Shown here: piece by piece, positions 48,428-58,236 of the stretch
Position numbering within the stretch: position 1 is the first letter of the stretch
Layout of the letters: every line of letters starts with the position of its first letter
Source: Deltaproteobacteria bacterium
GTDB taxonomy: Bacteria; Desulfobacterota; Desulfobulbia; Desulfobulbales; SURF-16
NCBI GenBank assembly: GCA_030667965.1
Contig: DAOUUW010000001.1
Location: 2,014 to 66,013 of the forward strand
Direction of reading: 5' to 3'
Length of the DNA stretch: 64,000 bases
The notes under the pieces: generated by a model
What the model was told of the DNA's origin: nothing
The model's input: the letters and a program-made list of their open reading frames with translations, nothing else
The model's database searches: none
Position numbers and translations under genes: made by a program

Positions 48428-49939
48428 TCAGGGCAACATCACCATGGCCATTTGTGCCGACTTAGCAACATCTACCTGCTGAAGCAGATAATCCACACTG
48501 GTGTGCAAAACGCTCAAAAAGGGCTCCGGTGCAAGTCCTATCCAGAACACAAAGACAAGTAACGGCGCCAATGTTGCAATTTCACGCACATTCAAATCTG
48601 CAAGATCAGGCCTGCCTGGCCCTTTGAAGAGAACATACTGCAGCAGGCGCATCATATATGCAGCGGCAAGGATAGCGCCCGGAATCGCAGCGCCGCCTAT
48701 AATTTTATTTTCGCTGAATGCGCTAGCCAGGATCAAAAACTCACCAACAAAACTGTTCGTTGCCGGGAAAGCAAGTGATGAAAGGGAAAATACAGTCAGA
48801 AACGAAACAAAAATCGGTACATTCTGGGCAATTCCGGAATGGTCTGCCAGCTCGCGGCTATGTGTTCTTTCATACATCATACCAACACAGAGAAACAGCG
48901 CACCGGTTGTTACACCATGATTTATCATCTGCAGAATGGCGCCTTCCAGTCCCTGCTTATTAAGGAAGAAAATACCCAGTGTCACAAAGCCCATATGTCC
49001 AACACTGGAGTAGGCAATAAGCTTTTTCATATCCGACTGGGCAAGGGCGGTAAAGCCACCATAGAGAATTGCCGCAATGGACAGCCAGAGAATGTAGGGC
49101 CCAAGGCTTAAGGTTGCAAGTGGTGTAATGGGCAGACAAAAACGCAGAAACCCATAGGTACCCATTTTCAAAAGAATACTGGCAAGGATTACACTGCCGG
49201 CAGTGGGCGCCTCAACATGAGCGGCCGGTAACCAGGTATGGAAGGGAAACATGGGAACCTTGATGGCAAAAGCAAGAAAGAAGGCAAGGAATACCCAGAT
49301 CTGCATCGTGTTGGAATAATCCTGACCCATCATCATTGGAATGCTGAAGGTTCCTGTATGTAGATAAAGCGCAATGATTGCCACAAGCAGCATGACAGAT
49401 CCGGAAAGGGTATAAAGAAAAAACTTAATAGAAGCATAAACCTTTCTCGGACCACCCCAGACAGCAATGAGAAGATACATGGGAATAAGCATTGCTTCCC
49501 ACAGGACATAGAAAAGGACAAAGTCAAGCGCCATAAAAACACCGACCATTGCCGTTTCCATGATCAGCAGGCAGATCATGAACTCTTTTACACGTTTTTG
49601 AATATATGTCCACGAACCCATGACACAAAGAGGCATAATGAAGGTCGTAAGTAGAACCAGCAGAAGGCTGATACCATCAATTCCCATAGTGTAGTATATG
49701 TTCAGGCTGGGAATCCAGCTGACATGCTCACCAAACTGATATTTGGCTGTTGTAGAGTCAAAACCCGTATAAAGAGAAAATGAAATAACAGCAGTGACTG
49801 TGGTAATAATCATCGTCCAAATGCGCTGGACATTTTCACCCGGGAGAAAGAGCAAAACAAATGCGCCTGCAAGGGGAAGAAATACCAGAGTGCTCAAAAG
49901 GGGAAACCCTTCATTCATTATCAGAAAATCCATTCCCAC
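48428..49939 (-). CDS. nuoM: NADH-quinone oxidoreductase subunit M
   Basis: 503 aa antiporter-like subunit (FPLLSTLVFLPL..., WLPAAHVEAPTAGSVILA). The start may be at a downstream Met. Confidence 0.88.
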   Translation of the reverse strand: MGMDFLIMNEGFPLLSTLVFLPLAGAFVLLFLPGENVQRIWTMIITTVTAVISFSLYTGFDSTTAKYQFGEHVSWIPSLNIYYTMGIDGISLLLVLLTTFIMPLCVMGSWTYIQKRVKEFMICLLIMETAMVGVFMALDFVLFYVLWEAMLIPMYLLIAVWGGPRKVYASIKFFLYTLSGSVMLLVAIIALYLHTGTFSIPMMMGQDYSNTMQIWVFLAFFLAFAIKVPMFPFHTWLPAAHVEAPTAGSVILASILLKMGTYGFLRFCLPITPLATLSLGPYILWLSIAAILYGGFTALAQSDMKKLIAYSSVGHMGFVTLGIFFLNKQGLEGAILQMINHGVTTGALFLCVGMMYERTHSRELADHSGIAQNVPIFVSFLTVFSLSSLAFPATNSFVGEFLILASAFSENKIIGGAAIPGAILAAAYMMRLLQYVLFKGPGRPDLADLNVREIATLAPLLVFVFWIGLAPEPFLSVLHTSVDYLLQQVDVAKSAQMAMVMLP

Positions 49940-49976
49940 TATCCTCTATTACACTATAAGTTTACGTTATGACTCT

Positions 49977-51755
49977 TTAATAAAATACGATGACGAGTAC
50001 AAGGGCTGCAGCTATGGAAGCCGCATAAAATATACTGTATTGTATATTACCGGATTGAGCCTTGCGCATCACTCCACCAAGGGAGCGAACCGACCTGGCT
50101 GTCCCGTCTACCACCCCGTCAATGCCATGCCAGTCAAACCAGGACCAGAAGCGAGAAACAGCCATCAGGGAGAAAAGGCCGATGACACGATATATTTCTC
50201 CGACGCAGGTATCGATAAACTGAATTATCCTGCTGTCAACCCACATGAAGCAACGTCCGGCCATACGGTAGAACCAGTCAAGATCCAGACTGATTGTTGC
50301 AGTAGGTTTGATAAAGGGACGCAGGACATAGAAGGCGATACCGGCCGTACCAATGATCTGCAATGTTTCTGACAGATGATAAGCTGTATATGGGTGATAA
50401 TCCACAGGAAAGGGCAGCATACCGTAGAGATAGGCAGTATAACAGCCGATAAAAACACACATAACCGATGCTATTACCATGGCAGCCTGCATATTCCATG
50501 GGGGATCTTCAGCTTTTTCCCATACCTCAGGGCTGCAGTTGTTTTTACCAAACCATATGTAATAAGGAACCTTTATACCGGCAAGCAGAAATGTTCCACC
50601 GGAGGCGAGGATAAGAGCAAATGAGGCCCAGATGTGATGTGACTCCATGCCCCCGGCAATGATCATTGATTTACTGACAAAACCGCTGAACAGCGGGAAA
50701 CCTGCGATGGAAAGGCCGCCAATCATGGTAAAGATAAATGTCTTCGGCATTTTCTTGTACAGGCCGCCAAGTTCATTCAATTTACAGGTCCCTGTCATAT
50801 ACAGAACAGAACCGGTACCCATGAACAGCAGTCCGTTATAAAGTATATGGGCAAAGGCATGGGCGCAGGCACCATTAATTGCAAGACTGGAACCTATACC
50901 TACGCCGACAACCATGTATCCGACCTGGCTCACAGTATCCCAGGCGAATATCCTGCGCCCATCGTTTTCGAGGATACCGTAAACAACACCGTACAGTGCC
51001 ATGATCGCCCCCAAGGGGATCAAAATGTCCATACCGGCAAATCCGCGGGCCAGAACATAAATGGCTGTTTTGGTAGTAAAGGCGCACATGAAGACGGCAC
51101 CGGCCACACTTGCCTCGGCATACGCATCCGGCAGCCATGAATGAAATGGCGGCACGGCGGCATTAACCATAAATCCAATGAGTATAAGGTACGTGGCAAG
51201 ATTCGGCGCATCTACGCCCAGCGGAACAAAGGAAAGATCTCCGCCGGTGTTGTAGTAACGCAGGGTAAATCCCGCCAGCAGGAAGAGACCGCCTATGGTG
51301 TGTATCAACACATAACGGTAACCGGTTGCAATTGACTGAGGCCCGCCCCGTTGCCAGACCAGAAAGACGGAGGCAAATGCCATCAATTCCCAGAAAAGGA
51401 AAAGGACAATGAAATCTCCACACAGGATTGTGCCGATTGAACCCGCTACATAAAACCAGGCGGCTATATGATGTCCGTCGTCTTCAACATTAAGGGAAAA
51501 GAGTGTGCCTATGATGCACATAAAGGACATAATATAGGCAAATATCAGGCTCAGACGGTCAACCCGGCCGAATATGAGCTGCCAGTCAAGAAACTGGACA
51601 ATTCCATAGATTCCTTTATCAAGGCTGAGTACACACAAAAATGTCAAAATTGGAACAATGAGGAGAAAAGGCTTACGAATCGGCCCTCTCATCAAGGGCA
51701 GAAGAAGTCCGCCGATAATCAGAATGAGTGCAGGATGCAGCCAGAAATTACTCAT
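49977..51755 (-). CDS. nuoL: NADH-quinone oxidoreductase subunit L (antiporter-like core plus C-terminal lateral-helix/anchor segment)
   Basis: The C-terminus GIDGVVDGTARSVRSLGGVMRKAQSGNIQYSIFYAASIAAALVLVIVF matches the NuoL/Nqo12 lateral-helix-to-last-TM pattern. Start taken at MSNFWLHPAL (ATG 51755); the ORF extends to 51770. Confidence 0.8.
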   Translation of the reverse strand: MSNFWLHPALILIIGGLLLPLMRGPIRKPFLLIVPILTFLCVLSLDKGIYGIVQFLDWQLIFGRVDRLSLIFAYIMSFMCIIGTLFSLNVEDDGHHIAAWFYVAGSIGTILCGDFIVLFLFWELMAFASVFLVWQRGGPQSIATGYRYVLIHTIGGLFLLAGFTLRYYNTGGDLSFVPLGVDAPNLATYLILIGFMVNAAVPPFHSWLPDAYAEASVAGAVFMCAFTTKTAIYVLARGFAGMDILIPLGAIMALYGVVYGILENDGRRIFAWDTVSQVGYMVVGVGIGSSLAINGACAHAFAHILYNGLLFMGTGSVLYMTGTCKLNELGGLYKKMPKTFIFTMIGGLSIAGFPLFSGFVSKSMIIAGGMESHHIWASFALILASGGTFLLAGIKVPYYIWFGKNNCSPEVWEKAEDPPWNMQAAMVIASVMCVFIGCYTAYLYGMLPFPVDYHPYTAYHLSETLQIIGTAGIAFYVLRPFIKPTATISLDLDWFYRMAGRCFMWVDSRIIQFIDTCVGEIYRVIGLFSLMAVSRFWSWFDWHGIDGVVDGTARSVRSLGGVMRKAQSGNIQYSIFYAASIAAALVLVIVFY

Positions 51756-51996
51756 CGTAATAATCCTCACGTGTCATGATTCCAAGGCTACCAAGAAATC
51801 TGGAAAAAAGAATAAGCAGCGCACACCCGATCAAGCCGAACAGACTCCAGAAGAATGGGAATTTTTCCATTTCAGTATGAGCATGACTTGTGTCAACCAT
51901 AAATGCACCCCAGATTGCCAGCGCACCTACCATTGCCAACCAGAGAAAGATAACCAACACTTTACGTTTGCGGAAGAATTCAATCAAACCTATCAT
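51748..51996 (-). CDS. Small two-TM membrane protein embedded in the nuo operon
   Basis: 82 aa. Its ATG overlaps the stop of the upstream gene (ATGA) and its stop overlaps the nuoL start region. It has two hydrophobic helices. I recognise no family. Confidence 0.6.
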   Translation of the reverse strand: MIGLIEFFRKRKVLVIFLWLAMVGALAIWGAFMVDTSHAHTEMEKFPFFWSLFGLIGCALLILFSRFLGSLGIMTREDYYDE

Positions 51997-53492
51997 CCTA
52001 TCACCGCCTTAACAAGATTCATGAAAAAATTTGGATAGATACCAATAATTACCGAAATAAAGCAACATGTACACAGCGGAATAACCATGCTTAACGGTGC
52101 TTCCTTGATGCCTTCATATGGTTCACCCTCGGGTCGCTTGCCGAAGAATGCCTTATAGGTAACCGGAGCAAAATAAGCGACATTAAGCAACGTACTTGCC
52201 AGCAACACGAGAATAATCCCAAAAGATCCAGACTCAATAGTTCCCACAAGGAGCTCCCATTTAGTCACAAATCCTGCAACCGGCGGAGCGCCGATCATGC
52301 TCAGTGAAGCAATGGCAAACGCACCGAAGGTAAATGGCATTGTTTTCGCAAGTCCACTCATTTCTGAAATATTCTTCTTACGGGTTGCAACATATATTGC
52401 ACCGGCACAGAAGAAGAGGGTAATTTTGGAAAATGCGTGGTTGGAAATATGGATCAGGCCGCCGGCTATACCATGGGGAGTCAACAGGCAGACGCCTAAC
52501 ATAATGTAGGAAAGCTGGCTGACTGTAGAATAGGCAAGTCGGGCCTTCAGATTATCCTTGGTCAAGGCAATGACGGAGGCCATGACAATGGTAAATCCGA
52601 CAAAATATGCGGTCGGTATTCCAAGGTTCAGGGCGCTCATCGTATCTGTACCGAAGCCGTAAAGCATCATACGCGTGGTACTGAAAACACCCACCTTAAC
52701 AACGGCAACTGCATGCAGCAGCGCACTGACCGGTGTTGGTGCAACCATGGCACCGGGCAGCCAGTGATGAACGGGCATGAGGCCGTTTTTAGCGAATCCG
52801 AAAAGGCAGAAGATAAAGAGCATGGTCACGATGGCCCCATTCGCGTCCGCCGCGAACATACCATCCTGAATATTATACGGAAAATCGAGGGTGCCTGTCA
52901 TGACGTATATGATAGCCAAAGCCGGCAGCAGAAGTCCTTTAGCCGTGGTGGTCAGATATACAATGTATTTTTTGGCTCCCTCGTAACCCTCTTCATCCTG
53001 GTGATGGGCAACAAGCGGGTAGGTACAGACACTGACTATCTCATAAAAGAGATACATGGTAAAGAGGTTATCAGAAAAAGCCACGCCGATTGCACCAAAG
53101 ATTGCAATGGCAAAACAGGTATTAAATCGAGTCTGGGCATGTTCATGCAGGCCCCTCATATACCCCATCGAATAAAAGGCCGCTATTACCCAGAGACTTG
53201 AAGCAACAAGAGCAAATATCATTGAAAAGGCATCGGCACGCAAGGTTACCGTTATACCCGGCAGGATCTTAAAGAGCTGATAGTAGAAAATTTTACCATC
53301 CAGCACCGGTGAAACCATTGTCAGCACAGTGGAGCAAAGTATCACAGCTGAAATAACTGAAATACTCTCTCGCAGATTGGGCTTTTTGCCCGTCATGGAG
53401 ACGCAGATTGCGCCAATAAGCGGCACAACCAAAGCCCAAACTATCTTAGTACTGGTTACTATATCGCTGTTCACAGCGTTTACAATTTCCAT
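51993..53492 (-). CDS. Additional antiporter-like subunit (NuoM/MrpD-like), no lateral helix
   Basis: 499 aa. Has FRADAFSMIFALV, LFYEIVSVCTYPLV and WLPGAMVAPTPVSALLHAVAVVKVG, typical of the proton-conducting membrane transporter family. It starts 16 nt after nuoK. Confidence 0.8.
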   Translation of the reverse strand: MEIVNAVNSDIVTSTKIVWALVVPLIGAICVSMTGKKPNLRESISVISAVILCSTVLTMVSPVLDGKIFYYQLFKILPGITVTLRADAFSMIFALVASSLWVIAAFYSMGYMRGLHEHAQTRFNTCFAIAIFGAIGVAFSDNLFTMYLFYEIVSVCTYPLVAHHQDEEGYEGAKKYIVYLTTTAKGLLLPALAIIYVMTGTLDFPYNIQDGMFAADANGAIVTMLFIFCLFGFAKNGLMPVHHWLPGAMVAPTPVSALLHAVAVVKVGVFSTTRMMLYGFGTDTMSALNLGIPTAYFVGFTIVMASVIALTKDNLKARLAYSTVSQLSYIMLGVCLLTPHGIAGGLIHISNHAFSKITLFFCAGAIYVATRKKNISEMSGLAKTMPFTFGAFAIASLSMIGAPPVAGFVTKWELLVGTIESGSFGIILVLLASTLLNVAYFAPVTYKAFFGKRPEGEPYEGIKEAPLSMVIPLCTCCFISVIIGIYPNFFMNLVKAVIG

Positions 53493-53508
53493 GAGCCTTT
53501 CCCTGATG

Positions 53509-53829
53509 CTATCCGTTAAGTTCTACTAAGTCTTCAGTTTCGATTGACTTGTAATTTCGATATACTGCAATAACAATACTCATGGCTATGGCAGCTTCAG
53601 CTGCAGCAATTGCCATTATAAAAAGAGTAATAATCTGGCCTGTGGTGGGATCAGGCGCCAGAAAGTGGCTGAATGCCATAAAATTGATAGAGGCTCCGCA
53701 AAGAACTAATTCTGCGGCAATAAGCATACCAATCAAACTAGGCCGCCGAACAAGACCAAAAACGCCGAATCCGAAAAGTATTGCACCAATTACAAGGTAC
53801 GTGTTGAGCTGAGAGCTGAGCATTAACAT
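53509..53829 (-). CDS. nuoK: NADH-quinone oxidoreductase subunit K
   Basis: 106 aa, three TM helices, at the position after nuoJ (start overlaps the nuoJ stop). Confidence 0.88.
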   Translation of the reverse strand: MLMLSSQLNTYLVIGAILFGFGVFGLVRRPSLIGMLIAAELVLCGASINFMAFSHFLAPDPTTGQIITLFIMAIAAAEAAIAMSIVIAVYRNYKSIETEDLVELNG

Positions 53830-54359
53830 TATTCTTCATCCCTCCCTTGCCTGGCCAGAACAAGTGATCCGATTATGGCAACCAGCAGTACTATTGAAAC
53901 AAGTTCAAAAACCATGCTGTACTGGGTCAGCAGATTGACCCCAATAGTCTTTACCGATCCATCATTAATTTTAGTCGCCGCCGCCATCCACTCTCCATGC
54001 ACCGCAGCGTATCCAAGCGCATAGGCCATGGCGCCACCACAGAGAGCAGCCAGGCCTCCGCTTAATCCAGTGATCTTTCTTGCCACTTTTGCCTCATTTG
54101 GTTCAGCCAGCATGATGGCAAAGGCAAGTGTTACACAGACCGCGCCAACATAGATCAACAACTGCATCATGGCGACAAAGGGACTGTTCAGGAAATAATA
54201 CAGACCGGCAACACCAACAAAACAAATCGCCAGCCCTGTAACACTTCTGATCAGCCTCTTGCTGCAGGTAGCAACTACGGCACCGAACATTGTAACGGCA
54301 ATCAGGATCAGGAAAATTAACCCGGCCAACCCTTCCGGTGAAAACAATGACGGATTCAT
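53829..54359 (-). CDS. nuoJ: NADH-quinone oxidoreductase subunit J
   Basis: 176 aa membrane protein between nuoI and nuoK. Confidence 0.85.
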   Translation of the reverse strand: MNPSLFSPEGLAGLIFLILIAVTMFGAVVATCSKRLIRSVTGLAICFVGVAGLYYFLNSPFVAMMQLLIYVGAVCVTLAFAIMLAEPNEAKVARKITGLSGGLAALCGGAMAYALGYAAVHGEWMAAATKINDGSVKTIGVNLLTQYSMVFELVSIVLLVAIIGSLVLARQGRDEE

Positions 54360-54958
54360 CAGCTTTTTCCCTCTGCTTTTTCGCCGCCTTCACCCTCTTT
54401 CTCTGTTGCGGCTTTGGCGGCTGCTTCTTTCTTTTCAGCAGCGGCTTTGGCAGCTGCCTCTATCTTTTCCTGCTCTTTCTTTAAGAGTGCAGGATCAACT
54501 TTCGGCTCCGGAACACCTTCAGGATGGAGTTTCTGCAGAAGATCAAAAACGAAATCTTCTTTCCTTGTACTGGCCAGATTGTATTCATTTGAAAAGTCAA
54601 TAGCAGCCGGCTTACAGTTTTCAACACACTGACCACAGAGACTGCAGGTGGTAAAATCAAGGATATAAGCGGTCAGTACCTTGCCTTTTACCCCCGGCAC
54701 CTTTTTGGACTTCACTGTAATACAATTTGAAGGACATCCCTTTTGACACATTCCGCATGATATACATGTATGGGTGCCTGTCTCTGAATCCATGAGCAGC
54801 TCAATATGCCCCCGGTAGCGGGGTGCCATCTTAACGGATTCATGGGGATACTGGAGGGTGATTGGCCGGGTCAAAAATTCCTTATTAGTAATCTTCAAGC
54901 CGATAGCCAAACTCTTTATGCCGTTTAAGAGATAACTGAAGTAACCAGACATAATCAA
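54359..54958 (-). CDS. nuoI: NADH-quinone oxidoreductase subunit I with an Ala/Lys/Glu-rich C-terminal tail
   Basis: Has two 4Fe-4S motifs (CISCGMCQKGCP, CSLCGQCVENCK). The roughly 45-aa tail reads EQEKIEAAAKAAAEKKEAAAKAATEKEGEGGEKAEGKS. Confidence 0.9.
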   Translation of the reverse strand: MIMSGYFSYLLNGIKSLAIGLKITNKEFLTRPITLQYPHESVKMAPRYRGHIELLMDSETGTHTCISCGMCQKGCPSNCITVKSKKVPGVKGKVLTAYILDFTTCSLCGQCVENCKPAAIDFSNEYNLASTRKEDFVFDLLQKLHPEGVPEPKVDPALLKKEQEKIEAAAKAAAEKKEAAAKAATEKEGEGGEKAEGKS

Positions 54959-55938
54959 AAGACCTTTATAAATAAGGCGGTAACTAATAAGTTAACCAGC
55001 GAGAACGGAATGAGATACTTCCAGGATAGATTCAACAGGCCCCATAATGTGGTTCGTGGATAGGTCCAACGTATCCAGACAATGGTCCAGATAAGAAAAT
55101 ACATTTTTAAAAGAAACCAGTGAGGACCGGGAAAAAGACCGAAGGGACACTGCCATCCGCCTAAAAAGAGGATTGTCGTCAGACTGGCACCGATCATCAT
55201 GTTGCCATATTCCGCCATCATAAAGAGGCCGAAACCCATACCACCGTATTCTGTAATATAACCGGCAACAAGCTCACTTTCCGCCTCACCGAGATCAAAA
55301 GGAGCGCGATTTATCTCGGCCATGGAACAGACAAAAAAGACCAGAAACGAAATCGGCATTAAAATTGATTTATCAAGCGCGAAGACATTCCAGTTCCAAA
55401 ACATGCCGCTCTGGGATCTGATAATCTCATTCAGGTTCATTGTGCCGGTGATCATGACGATGGTGATCGCCGTTATCAGCATGGGAATTTCGAAGGCAAC
55501 GCTTTGAGAAACAGCCCTGGTACCGGCAATGAGTGAATATTTATTGCCCGATGCCCAGCCGCCCAGGAGAATTGACAATCCTGCGGCTGAGGCAACTGCA
55601 AAAATCATAATCAGACCATAATCAAATTCGCGGGGTACGAGATTTTCTCCCCAGGGAATGGTGACAAATAAAATTACGGTGGCAACCATAGCCAGCACGG
55701 GAGCTGACATGTAGAGCAGCCTGTCGGCATTGTCCGGTACAACCAGCTGTTTTGACATGAGCTTCAAACCGTCTGCCAGTGGTTGCAGAAGCCCGTAAGG
55801 CCCAACATCTTTCGGACCAATTCGACGCTGGATATGCCCTGCCCCTTTCCTTTCAACCCAGCCGAGATAGGCAAGATTCAGACCGAGAAAAGCCGCAATC
55901 CCTACAAAATAACTAAGTATTCGTATCAGTTCATCCAT
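54955..55938 (-). CDS. nuoH: NADH-quinone oxidoreductase subunit H
   Basis: 327 aa polytopic protein with GWVERKGAGHIQRRIGP and AEINRAPFDLGEAESELVAGY. Confidence 0.93.
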   Translation of the reverse strand: MDELIRILSYFVGIAAFLGLNLAYLGWVERKGAGHIQRRIGPKDVGPYGLLQPLADGLKLMSKQLVVPDNADRLLYMSAPVLAMVATVILFVTIPWGENLVPREFDYGLIMIFAVASAAGLSILLGGWASGNKYSLIAGTRAVSQSVAFEIPMLITAITIVMITGTMNLNEIIRSQSGMFWNWNVFALDKSILMPISFLVFFVCSMAEINRAPFDLGEAESELVAGYITEYGGMGFGLFMMAEYGNMMIGASLTTILFLGGWQCPFGLFPGPHWFLLKMYFLIWTIVWIRWTYPRTTLWGLLNLSWKYLIPFSLVNLLVTALFIKVF

Positions 55939-55950
55939 ACTTATTACTCC

Positions 55951-57069
55951 TTACCGATCCATCTCAGGTATGACAAGATCAAGGCTTCCCATAAAGGCCA
56001 GGGCGTCTGACAGCAGCATGCCGCGGCTTGCCTCCTCAAACAGACTGAGATTGGAATAGGTCGGCGACCTCAGCCTCATTCGATAGGATGTATTTGTTGC
56101 ATCACTGACTGTCCGCATACTGAATGTTCCACGAGCAGCTTCCACGGCAAAATGATAATCACCCTTAGGCGGCTTGAGTATCTTGGGCGCTTTTTCAGCT
56201 TTCACCGGACCATCCGGCATCTTATCCAGAGCCTGTTCAATGATGCGCATTGACTGTTCCATCTCATCCATTCGTACCATATAGCGTGCCATGGAATCAC
56301 ATTCATGATAAACGGGAACATCAAAATCCAACTCAGGATACACACTGTACGGCTCATTCTTGCGAATATCAAAATTAACACCGGATCCACGCAGTACCGG
56401 TCCAGTTGCCCCGTACTTACGGCACATATCAGCTGATATGTGGCCGATATCAACAAGTCGTTCCATGAGAATGACATTTTTTGTTACCAGATCGTGGTAC
56501 ATGGGTATCTGGGGCCGTAATCTTTTGATAAAGGCCCTGGTACCTGTGATGAAATCGTCATCAACATCATTATACACGCCACCGAAACGAAAATAGCAGT
56601 AGGTAAGCCGGGAACCGGTGACAGATTCAAGCAAATCGAGAATCTGCTCACGTTCATCAAAGGCATACATGAGCGGTGTGAAACCGCCAAGGTCGAGGAT
56701 AAAGGCCCCGAACCAGAGCAAATGGCTCTGGAGGCGGTTCAGCTCAACCGTAATGACGCGAATGTATTCCGCCCTCTCGGGAACCTCAATGCCCATGGCC
56801 CGCTCCAACAAACCGGCGTACCCATGGTTATAGGCAATGGCGGAAAGATAATCGAGACGGCCAAGGTTGGGCCAGAACTGATTCCATGTCCGGTTTTCGC
56901 CCATCTTTTCATGCATGCGATGGATATAGCCGAGCACAGGTTCAGCCTTGACAATATACTCGCCGTCCATGATTACCTTAACACGGAGTACACCATGGGT
57001 GGCTGGATGCTGTGGACCTATGTTAAGCTCAAAGGTCTCCTGCAACTGGCTTTGGGCTAGGAGTGTCAT
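55951..57069 (-). CDS. nuoD: NADH-quinone oxidoreductase subunit D
   Basis: 372 aa with NIGPQHPATHGVLR and a C-terminal DLVIPEMDR. Confidence 0.93.
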   Translation of the reverse strand: MTLLAQSQLQETFELNIGPQHPATHGVLRVKVIMDGEYIVKAEPVLGYIHRMHEKMGENRTWNQFWPNLGRLDYLSAIAYNHGYAGLLERAMGIEVPERAEYIRVITVELNRLQSHLLWFGAFILDLGGFTPLMYAFDEREQILDLLESVTGSRLTYCYFRFGGVYNDVDDDFITGTRAFIKRLRPQIPMYHDLVTKNVILMERLVDIGHISADMCRKYGATGPVLRGSGVNFDIRKNEPYSVYPELDFDVPVYHECDSMARYMVRMDEMEQSMRIIEQALDKMPDGPVKAEKAPKILKPPKGDYHFAVEAARGTFSMRTVSDATNTSYRMRLRSPTYSNLSLFEEASRGMLLSDALAFMGSLDLVIPEMDR

Positions 57070-57614
57070 AGTTTAAAATCCTTACGTAATGGATAATAAT
57101 CACAATCATCGGGCAGCAGAAATCGCTCGAGTTGCGGATGACCGACGAAGTTTATACCAAACAGTTCCCAGGTCTCACGCTCATGCCAGTTGGCCCCACC
57201 AAAAACCTCGGAAATCGTGGGAACGTCGGGTTTCTCCCGATCCACCCTGCACCTCACCACCACACGGAACAATTCTCCGCCGGTAAATGAGTAGTCATAG
57301 ACAATTTCAAACTGGCCATCCTTGAGCCAGTCGACGCCGGTCACCATTTCCATGGTCATCCCTTCGCTGTCAAGAATTTCTGCTGACCTGACAACCTGAT
57401 CAGGATTAACCTGGACATCAAGATGAAATCCACGTTTGGCATAGTCAGTTTCCAGCAGACCGTTTTCCCGAGGCTTTTCCTCTTCTTTTTTCTTAGCCTT
57501 GGGATCGACCTCGCCTTCTTCAGCAGCCTGTACTTCTTCTACCACTTCCTTTTGGGGAGGAAGTCCTTCAGAAGCCAACATTTCCAGTTCTCTTTTTATT
57601 TTTGCTCGATCCAT
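57066..57614 (-). CDS. nuoC: NADH-quinone oxidoreductase subunit C with a charged N-terminal extension
   Basis: 182 aa with a C-terminal ANWHERETWELFGINFVGHP. The first roughly 50 aa are Glu/Lys-rich. Confidence 0.88.
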   Translation of the reverse strand: MDRAKIKRELEMLASEGLPPQKEVVEEVQAAEEGEVDPKAKKKEEEKPRENGLLETDYAKRGFHLDVQVNPDQVVRSAEILDSEGMTMEMVTGVDWLKDGQFEIVYDYSFTGGELFRVVVRCRVDREKPDVPTISEVFGGANWHERETWELFGINFVGHPQLERFLLPDDCDYYPLRKDFKL

Positions 57615-57681
57615 AACATTACCATGTAGGTGGTCTCACAGAAGCCGACATTCAAACTGAATACTGTGAGAGGAAACAACG

Positions 57682-58236
57682 TTACCCTTTTACTGCTGTT
57701 TCAGGTTTCACCCGCGGCCATCGCCGAGTACCTGTAATTTTTTCCTCAAGCTCAAGTATTCCCTCTATCAGAGCCTCCGGTCGCGGGGGGCAACCGGGGA
57801 CATAGACATCAACGGGCAAAAAGCTATCAACACCTTCAATAACATTATATTGCCCTTTAAATTTGAACGGACCACCTGAAATAGCACAATTTCCCATGGC
57901 TATTACCCACTTGGGTTCAGTCATCTGGTCGTAGAGAATTTTCACAGGCTCCAGCATTTTTTTATTGACAGTGCCGGCGACGATCATCAAATCCGCCTGG
58001 CGCGGTGATGGCCGAAAAACTTCAGCACCGAAACGGGACAAATCAAATCGGGCGGCCCCTGCTGACATCATCTCGATGGCACAACAGGCCAAGCCAAAGG
58101 TCATGGGCCAGAGAGAATTTGCCCTGGCCAGCGCACGTAACTGATCAAGCATATGAAACTGTACAATTGATGAGGGGACAGAAGTCTCTATCCCTGATAT
58201 ACTTTCGGTTCCCACTTGAACACTCCCTTTTTCCAT
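57682..58236 (-). CDS. nuoB: NADH-quinone oxidoreductase subunit B
   Basis: Has [16 protein letters not shown] and [11 protein letters not shown]. The ATG at 58236 would overlap nuoA by 49 nt, so the start is uncertain. Confidence 0.9.
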   Translation of the reverse strand: MEKGSVQVGTESISGIETSVPSSIVQFHMLDQLRALARANSLWPMTFGLACCAIEMMSAGAARFDLSRFGAEVFRPSPRQADLMIVAGTVNKKMLEPVKILYDQMTEPKWVIAMGNCAISGGPFKFKGQYNVIEGVDSFLPVDVYVPGCPPRPEALIEGILELEEKITGTRRWPRVKPETAVKG

